In this document: one piece after another, positions 57,916 to 64,000 of the stretch
Numbering within the stretch: position 1 is the stretch's first letter
How the letters are laid out: every line of letters begins with the position of its first letter
From: Chthonomonadales bacterium
GTDB lineage: Bacteria > Armatimonadota > Chthonomonadetes > Chthonomonadales > CAJBBX01
NCBI GenBank assembly: GCA_037443035.1
Contig: JBBIPC010000008.1
Span: forward strand, 1 to 64,000
Direction of reading: 5' to 3'
DNA: 64,000 nt
The notes under the pieces: generated by a model
What the model was told of the DNA's origin: nothing
Database searches by the model: none
Seen by the model: the letters and a program-made list of their open reading frames with translations, nothing else
Program-made: the position numbers and the translations under genes

Positions 57916-59073
57916 TTACCCGCTCGGTGGACCGCCAGGCCGACTACCGAGACGCACCGTAACCTCCTCCGACCCTGATCCGCGCAGGAGTCGTATTCTC
58001 ACCTTGTCGCCGATCTTCCGCCGACTCAGCGCTAGGCGCACGTCCGCTAGGCGGCGCACAGGCTGACCGTCAATGGCGAGGATTACGTCGCCGCGACGCA
58101 TGCCGGCATCGGCCGCGGGCGTCAGCGGCTTCACCTCTAGTACGATCACGCCGATACCTGGGGGCAGGTCGAGCTGGCCGGACATTTCCGGCGTCAGCGC
58201 AGCGTAGACGATCCCTAGGAAAGGTGCCGACGGCGACTCCACCACCGGCTTCTTGTGCGCAAGGATGTCCGCCAGTACCATGCGCACCGCGTTGCTCGGA
58301 ATCGCGAATCCAATGCCGACGTTCGCGCCACGCTCGCTGACAATGGCCGTGTTGATACCGACAAGCTGACCGCTCGTATTTGCCAGTGCTCCCCCGGAAT
58401 TCCCCCTGCTGATCGCAGCATCGGTCTGGATGGCTCTGCGGAGGAAGACTCCGTCGCCGACACTGAGGTCTCGGCGGTCGGTGGCTGAGACGATACCGTG
58501 GGTGACCGTCGTCCCGAGACCAAACGGGTTGCCAATGGCGATCACTTGCTCGCCCACCTCGAGTGCGTCCGAGTCCCCGAATTCGGCTGCCGGCAGTCCT
58601 GTTGCGGCAACCTTCAAGAGCGCGATGTCGTTCGTGGGATCAGCACCCACGACACGCGCCTCGAACTTAGCGCCGGACGCGGTGACGATCCGGATGAGGC
58701 TGGCTCCCTGCACGACGTGGTTGTTCGTGACAACGAATCCGTTCGGATCTATCGTCACGCCAGAAGCCTTGCCCTCGCGCGAGAGGGGAGGCCCGTAGGG
58801 GTCGCCAACTATGTCCCGATGTGGTCCGCCAAGCTCCTCCAGGGTGTCCACGTTCACCACGGCCGGCCTGATGCGCTTAGCCGCGGCGACGAGTGGGGAA
58901 GGTTCCGCGATCGGACGTGCAGGCGTGGAACGCAGGCGCTTGAGCAGTGATCTTTCGGCTGCATTACCAGATCTGGAGCCACTCCGCGCCGTGAGAAGCC
59001 ACGCAACGCTGACCGTGATGGCGCCGAGAGCAAAAACGATGGCGTAGGCACCGACATGCCGCAGCCGTGACAT
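57916..59073 (-). CDS. HtrA/DegS-type serine protease with one PDZ domain
   Basis: TNNHVV, DIALLK, QTDAAISRGNSGG, GIGFAIP and PDZ AGMRRGDVI. Confidence 0.93.
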   Translation of the reverse strand: MSRLRHVGAYAIVFALGAITVSVAWLLTARSGSRSGNAAERSLLKRLRSTPARPIAEPSPLVAAAKRIRPAVVNVDTLEELGGPHRDIVGDPYGPPLSREGKASGVTIDPNGFVVTNNHVVQGASLIRIVTASGAKFEARVVGADPTNDIALLKVAATGLPAAEFGDSDALEVGEQVIAIGNPFGLGTTVTHGIVSATDRRDLSVGDGVFLRRAIQTDAAISRGNSGGALANTSGQLVGINTAIVSERGANVGIGFAIPSNAVRMVLADILAHKKPVVESPSAPFLGIVYAALTPEMSGQLDLPPGIGVIVLEVKPLTPAADAGMRRGDVILAIDGQPVRRLADVRLALSRRKIGDKVRIRLLRGSGSEEVTVRLGSRPGGPPSG

Positions 59074-59092
59074 GCGTTATCCTCGATCGAGG

Positions 59093-59560
59093 TTAGGCGA
59101 GTTGCCGCAGCAGATTGGCCATCTCGATGGCCGCCATGGCCGCCTCTGCACCTTTGTTGCCGGCTTTCGAGCCAGCGCGTTCGATGGCCTGCTCCAGGTT
59201 CTCTACCGTAATGATGCCGTAGGTCACCGGCACACCGGTATCCAGCGCGATCTGGGCCAGACCCTTGGTCACCTCGGCGGCCAAGTACTCGAAGTGGGGC
59301 GTCGCACCGCGAATAAGGCAACCAACACACGCTACGGCATCGTAGCTACCAGACCGCGCCAGCCTCTGGGCCGCCAGGGGTATCTCCCACGTGCCGGGCA
59401 CGCGTACAATCTCCACGTCTTCTTCTTTGGCGCCGTGCCTGACGAGCGCGTCCGTCGCCCCGGACAGCATCCGCTCCGTGATGAACGAGTTCCAGCGGCT
59501 TACGACCACGCCGAAGCGCAGCCCTTCGGCTACCAGCTTGCCCTCGATGATCTTGCTCAT
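59093..59560 (-). CDS. ribH: 6,7-dimethyl-8-ribityllumazine synthase
   Basis: [24 protein letters not shown] and GSKAGNKG. Confidence 0.97.
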   Translation of the reverse strand: MSKIIEGKLVAEGLRFGVVVSRWNSFITERMLSGATDALVRHGAKEEDVEIVRVPGTWEIPLAAQRLARSGSYDAVACVGCLIRGATPHFEYLAAEVTKGLAQIALDTGVPVTYGIITVENLEQAIERAGSKAGNKGAEAAMAAIEMANLLRQLA

Positions 59561-59628
59561 CGCTTCTCCTTGTGCGCTGAGCGGCTCATGGTCGCCAGCA
59601 CGAAGCTGGAGGGCCGCTCCTGCCTCCT

Positions 59629-60849
59629 CTAGTCGGTGTCCGGCTCGGGTAGACGAATGACGTGCCCAAGTTTGTCGCGTTTCGTGCGCAGGTAACGCCT
59701 GTTGTACCGGTTGGGCCGAGTGACCAGCGGCAGCCACTCGACGATCTCGAGACCGTATCCTTCCAGCGCCGCTACCTTCGCCGGGTTATTGGTCATGAAT
59801 CGGAGCTTCCGAACGCCGAGGTCTGTGAGGATCTGGGCTCCGATGCCGTACTCACGTAGATCGGGTTTGAAGCCAAGGCGGAGGTTCGCTTCGACCGTGT
59901 CTGCACCGTGATCTTGCAGCGCGTACGCTCGCACCTTGTTCACCATGCCGATGCCGCGACCCTCCTGCTGAAGGTAGACTAACACCCCACGTCCTTCGTT
60001 GTGAATACGGAGAAGGGCCAGGTGAAGCTGGTCGCCACAGTCGCATCGGAGGGATTCGATGAGATCCCCAGTCAGGCAAGACGAATGTACGCGGACCAGA
60101 ACCGGCTCCTCCGTGCTTACCTCGCCCTTGACGAACGCAACAGCCGGAAACGGATCCACACTCGATTCGTAAGCGTACAACTGCCATTCGCCATAGCGCT
60201 TCGTCGGTAGGGTCGTCGTGGCGACACGGCTAACCAAGCGTTCGGTGCGCCTGCGAAACTTGATCAGGTCCGCGATGGTGACTAGCTTGCAGCCGAAGGA
60301 CTGTGCGATCTGCCATAGCTGCGGCAAGCGGGCCATGGTACCGTCTTCGTTCATGACCTCCGCCAGCACAGCCACGGGCTGAAGCCCTGCCATGCGACAG
60401 AGGTCCACGGCCGCCTCCGTGTGGCCGGACCGTTTGAGCACCCCGCCCTCTGCCGCTCGGAGTGGCACGATGTGGCCGGGGCGTGTCAGATCTTGTGGCT
60501 TAGTGCTCGGGTCTGCCAGCACGCGGACCGTTCTAGCTCGGTCAGATGCAGATACTCCGGTCGTCGTTCCTTCTCGAGCGTCCACCGTAACGGTCATGGC
60601 GGTGCCCAGCCTGGCCGTGTTATGCTCCACCATCATCGGGATGTTCAGCTCGGAAAGGCGCTGGGCTGTCATCGGCGCGCAGACGAAACCACTTCCGTAG
60701 CGGATCATGAGGTTCATGATTTCCGGCGTGCACTTCTCCGCCGCGACGATGAAGTCCCCTTCGTTCTCCCGGTCCTCGTCATCCACGACGATCAGGACCC
60801 GGCCTGCTCGGATGTCCTCGATGGCTTCAGGGATACTGGCGAACCTCAC
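59629..60849 (-). CDS. ribBA: Bifunctional DHBP synthase/GTP cyclohydrolase II
   Basis: [39 protein letters not shown] and TNNP. Confidence 0.97.
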   Translation of the reverse strand: MRFASIPEAIEDIRAGRVLIVVDDEDRENEGDFIVAAEKCTPEIMNLMIRYGSGFVCAPMTAQRLSELNIPMMVEHNTARLGTAMTVTVDAREGTTTGVSASDRARTVRVLADPSTKPQDLTRPGHIVPLRAAEGGVLKRSGHTEAAVDLCRMAGLQPVAVLAEVMNEDGTMARLPQLWQIAQSFGCKLVTIADLIKFRRRTERLVSRVATTTLPTKRYGEWQLYAYESSVDPFPAVAFVKGEVSTEEPVLVRVHSSCLTGDLIESLRCDCGDQLHLALLRIHNEGRGVLVYLQQEGRGIGMVNKVRAYALQDHGADTVEANLRLGFKPDLREYGIGAQILTDLGVRKLRFMTNNPAKVAALEGYGLEIVEWLPLVTRPNRYNRRYLRTKRDKLGHVIRLPEPDTD

Positions 60850-61511
60850 GCGTGCACCTCGCTCCCAGGCAGCATGAAACCGGCGGCCGCGAGCTTCTCG
60901 ACCGTCAACCCGGCCTCTTGCACGTGCAGCCCGAGCAACCGATCGACGTACTTACCGAGTATGTCAGCCTCGATGTTCACGGTGTCCCCTTCGCGGTGCT
61001 CACGGAACGTCGTGTTCCTGAGCGTATGGGGGATGATGGCGACACTGAACGTCTCCGTATCCAGCTCCGCGACGGTGAGGCTGACACCGTCCACGGCTAC
61101 CGATCCCTTGTAGACCATGAGACGCATGAGTTCCGGCTCGGCGTGGATCCGGATGACGCGGTCCGCACCTCGGTCATGGACAGACACGATTCGGCCGGTA
61201 CCGTCTACGTGACCGAGAACGAAATGCCCTCCCACTCTACCACCAACGGCCAGTGCCCGTTCCAGGTTGACGTTCTCGCCAGGACGCGTGTAACGAAGGG
61301 TGGACCTCTGCAACGTCTCGGTCACCGCGTCGAACGCCATTCTCGTGCCCAGGCAAGCTGTAACGGTGAGGCAGACCCCGTTGACAGAGACGCTGTCGTT
61401 GACTTGGGTACCGGCTGCGACTTTCGGCGCATTCACCGATATGCGCGTGACAGTGCCGGTACGGCGAACTTCCGTAACCTTGCCAACTTCCTCGACGATA
61501 CCGGTGAACAA
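60846..61511 (-). CDS. ribE: Riboflavin synthase (alpha)
   Basis: [25 protein letters not shown] and [12 protein letters not shown]. Confidence 0.97.
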   Translation of the reverse strand: MFTGIVEEVGKVTEVRRTGTVTRISVNAPKVAAGTQVNDSVSVNGVCLTVTACLGTRMAFDAVTETLQRSTLRYTRPGENVNLERALAVGGRVGGHFVLGHVDGTGRIVSVHDRGADRVIRIHAEPELMRLMVYKGSVAVDGVSLTVAELDTETFSVAIIPHTLRNTTFREHREGDTVNIEADILGKYVDRLLGLHVQEAGLTVEKLAAAGFMLPGSEVHA

Positions 61512-61550
61512 AGATTCTCCCTCGCAGATGCGAACTGTGCTGCAGTAATC

Positions 61551-63617
61551 CTATTCTACCAGACCTTCAGTCCGTGCTTGGTTCGCGTTGCTCTCTGCCA
61601 GGGCGTGCAAGTGGAGGTAGAGACCCACGATAACCCAGACTCCGAAGATGAACAGGCCCGCAACGGTTCCAGTGTCATTGAACAGGAATGCGACGATGCT
61701 CGCGTATAGAGCCACTGGCCGCCACTGGAGCCACCATGGATACCTGGCTTCCAGCACCACTATATGCTGTCGCCCGTGCAGGGCAATGACTACGACAAAC
61801 CCTATGACGATTGCTAATGCCAGGACCGCGGGCCACGTGACCAGGATACTGAGGTTCATCAGGAGCTTCCGGGTGGCGATCTCGGCCAGGAGGTGGATGC
61901 CTTGCATCCTGGCATGCTGGAGGGAACCGCCGAGATGGGAGGCCGCAGGTCCAAAGAGGCTAGCATCCAACGTCGCGAATGCGAATGCGGCGGCCACTCC
62001 GAGCAAGGCAGAGCCCACAAACCAGCGAGCCTGCCATCGCGAGACGCGGTTCCGCTGAACCTCGCACGCACACGCAGCAACCGCAGTGACCACTCCGCCG
62101 GCGTTGGCGCCGAACACGCCAAGACCGAAGAACGCAGCGAGGACCAAACCTGCTAGAGCAAATGCCCTGCGCCTAGCACCGGTCATGTATAGCAGACTTA
62201 GCGATGCACCCACTAGAATTCCCATGTACTCGTTTCCGACGCCATAGAAGCGTATGCCGCCCATGCCACACGCAGCAAGGAGGGACATCTTCGACAGGTG
62301 CTGACCCGTGACACCGTCCAGGACGATGACAAGACACGTTGTGGCCAGGAAAATGCACAGTTCAGCCGGCCACACCTGCGAGCATCGCAGCAGCCTCGCC
62401 GACATCGCGACCAGCCAACTCAGTAAGCATGCCGCGGCAGCGACCAGGGTCCCGTAGAGCCAGGCAGGAATAGGGAATGGAGTCACGCTGACAACCCAGC
62501 CTGCGATCAGGAAAACGAGAGGGAGTGTCATGCAGAGGCGTAGGAGCAGGAGCGCAGGACCGGCCAACTCCTGACGCCTGGCCATCGCCCACAGAGCCAT
62601 GGTACCGGATACTGCGAGTACAAGGCCGCAAGCCAGAAGGACTGGGACCATGGCACTGATGTTCGATCGGGCCAACCCATCCCACCGGCCGACGACGCTC
62701 GCGGCATGCTCCTCGGCCCAAGCCTCCACGGGATGGAAGATCGAGGCAGTGCCACCTTTCACCCAGGACAGCAACGTCGACTTCACATCGGCGAACGAGA
62801 TCACGCCGGCCGTGCGCGTGGTCCGGGATAGGAGCACGCCACGAGGAATGCCAGGACCCCACAGGATCGCCAGCGTCGGCCGTACCGCGAACTCGTTTCC
62901 GTGGCCGGGAGCTCTCGTGCCGAGGATCCAGAGGCGTGTTCGCTGGCGAATGGCTGCGGCAGCGTACTGCTCCGCGAGACCGAGATCGGTGCCGACGTGC
63001 ACCACCCGTACCGCGCTCGCGTTGTACCCGCAAGGAGCGATGCCGGTCTCGTCCACCGCCAAGAGCCCAGCCAGTCGAGATTGATTGCCAGCAGCGGGGA
63101 GAATATCCGCGCCTAACGCACGTGGCGGCGATGCCGCTCCGACGAGCACTAGGGCCAGACCACGGCGCCGCAGGCTGGCGATGCCGAGGTGGACCACGTA
63201 ACAGGGTAGGTCTGGCAAGTCCGCGCCTGTGCGCCGGTGTAGAACCAGTCCAGCAGGGTCCCCCTCGACGACCTCGCCGTTGTCGTAGAGCTGACTGTCT
63301 CCGGGACAGGCTTGCGTTGCCTGCCCGGACGCCATGCTGAGAACGGCCGAAGCCTCGTCTCGTGCGACCGTTACCGGCATAGCCACCACCGCCAGCGCTC
63401 CGCCGCGCGCGGCCGTGTGCAGCGCAGGATAACGTGGGTCGGCCAAGGCGTCGAGCGTCAGCCCGGAGCATAGGACGACGGATGTGGACGGGGCTGCCTT
63501 TGCGTCCGCTGTGCTCGACATCCCTGTCAGTACGAACGCAAGGACGACTGCCTTCCGCGAGGCAACAGGATAACGAAGAAGATTACGCCACCGAATGCGA
63601 CCACTACGCAGCAGCAT
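61551..63617 (-). CDS. Conserved hypothetical polytopic membrane protein with an N-terminal extracytoplasmic domain
   Basis: About 10 C-terminal TM segments with conserved-looking RFYGVGNEYMG, GANAGG and FNDTG; overlaps the recN stop. Confidence 0.7.
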   Translation of the reverse strand: MLLRSGRIRWRNLLRYPVASRKAVVLAFVLTGMSSTADAKAAPSTSVVLCSGLTLDALADPRYPALHTAARGGALAVVAMPVTVARDEASAVLSMASGQATQACPGDSQLYDNGEVVEGDPAGLVLHRRTGADLPDLPCYVVHLGIASLRRRGLALVLVGAASPPRALGADILPAAGNQSRLAGLLAVDETGIAPCGYNASAVRVVHVGTDLGLAEQYAAAAIRQRTRLWILGTRAPGHGNEFAVRPTLAILWGPGIPRGVLLSRTTRTAGVISFADVKSTLLSWVKGGTASIFHPVEAWAEEHAASVVGRWDGLARSNISAMVPVLLACGLVLAVSGTMALWAMARRQELAGPALLLLRLCMTLPLVFLIAGWVVSVTPFPIPAWLYGTLVAAAACLLSWLVAMSARLLRCSQVWPAELCIFLATTCLVIVLDGVTGQHLSKMSLLAACGMGGIRFYGVGNEYMGILVGASLSLLYMTGARRRAFALAGLVLAAFFGLGVFGANAGGVVTAVAACACEVQRNRVSRWQARWFVGSALLGVAAAFAFATLDASLFGPAASHLGGSLQHARMQGIHLLAEIATRKLLMNLSILVTWPAVLALAIVIGFVVVIALHGRQHIVVLEARYPWWLQWRPVALYASIVAFLFNDTGTVAGLFIFGVWVIVGLYLHLHALAESNANQARTEGLVE

Positions 63618-64000
63618 CAGTGTCGCGTTTCAGCATGGAACGCACATGCTCACGCACGGCATCGGTGACCTGGGTGCCTGCCAGCATGCGGACGAGCTCT
63701 TCCACACGCTCATCCTCGTCGAGGAGGCGAACTTCGACGACGGTTCGCGAATCCCTCTCGACCTTGGAGATCGCGAAGTGCTGCCGCGCTGCCGCGGCGA
63801 TCTGCGCGAGGTGGGTGATGCAGATTACCTGGGCATGGGAGGCTAGGAGGTGCATCTTCCTGCCTATAGCCTCCGCCGTGCGGCCGCCAATGCCAGCGTC
63901 AATCTCGTCGAAGACCATGGTGGGCAGAGGAGATCGTGAAGCAGCGGCGCTCTTGATCGCCAGCATGACGCGCGAGATCTCGCCGCCTGACGCTATCCGA
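63604..64000 (-). CDS. recN: DNA repair protein RecN, C-terminal part (truncated by the window edge)
   Basis: ASGGEISRVMLA, VFDEIDAGIGG, QVICITHLAQIAA and RVEELVRML. Confidence 0.95.
   Translation of the reverse strand, partial: RIASGGEISRVMLAIKSAAASRSPLPTMVFDEIDAGIGGRTAEAIGRKMHLLASHAQVICITHLAQIAAAARQHFAISKVERDSRTVVEVRLLDEDERVEELVRMLAGTQVTDAVREHVRSMLKRDTDAAA

Noticed and set aside
62362..63471. 369-aa alternative-frame ORF, and similar long shadow ORFs (e.g. 7494-8366, 14355-15245, 21957-22907, 50683-51690)
   Set aside because: They overlap well-supported genes, have no motifs, and are expected in high-GC DNA.

Overview
This is a 64 kb, GC-rich, gene-dense stretch of bacterial chromosome. 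Its gene style suggests Armatimonadota or a similar phylum (inference only). I see no prophage, IS, CRISPR array, rRNA or tRNA. The left third is a glycan/phosphoester catabolic region: a sulfatase-fold enzyme, a purple-acid-phosphatase-like protein, a Tat-exported Gfo/Idh/MocA oxidoreductase with a HEAT-repeat protein, a URO-D-family protein, an SDR, a GH88 and a DUF4091/GH123-like hydrolase. A fluoride riboswitch precedes a CPA2 antiporter at the left edge. The middle carries ppx, alr, a partial sugar ABC transporter with ald, a WD40-Ig surface protein, an ECF sigma/zinc anti-sigma pair, a GH130 phosphorylase, a CoADR-rhodanese and dxs. The right part is mostly housekeeping: hrcA-grpE-glmM, glmU-prs, a Clp1-like kinase/His-phosphatase/scpAB/ftcD run, htrA, ribE-ribBA-ribH and a partial recN. 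The best candidate for an undescribed system is a cytoplasmic protein with a divergent sigma70/ECF-like N-terminus fused to TPRs (43671-45284). It is translationally coupled to a 61-aa signal-peptide-like ORF (45281-45466) that is closed by a strong hairpin, an RRNPP-like receptor/propeptide layout but with a sigma-like output domain. Also notable are an unannotated probable 6S RNA directly downstream of a glutamate formiminotransferase, a sulfatase with Thr at the formylglycine position, and a bacterial Clp1 kinase coupled to a phosphatase. All calls come from motif recognition by eye; no searches were run. Many starts were moved from the ORF track to the best RBS/domain-supported codon.
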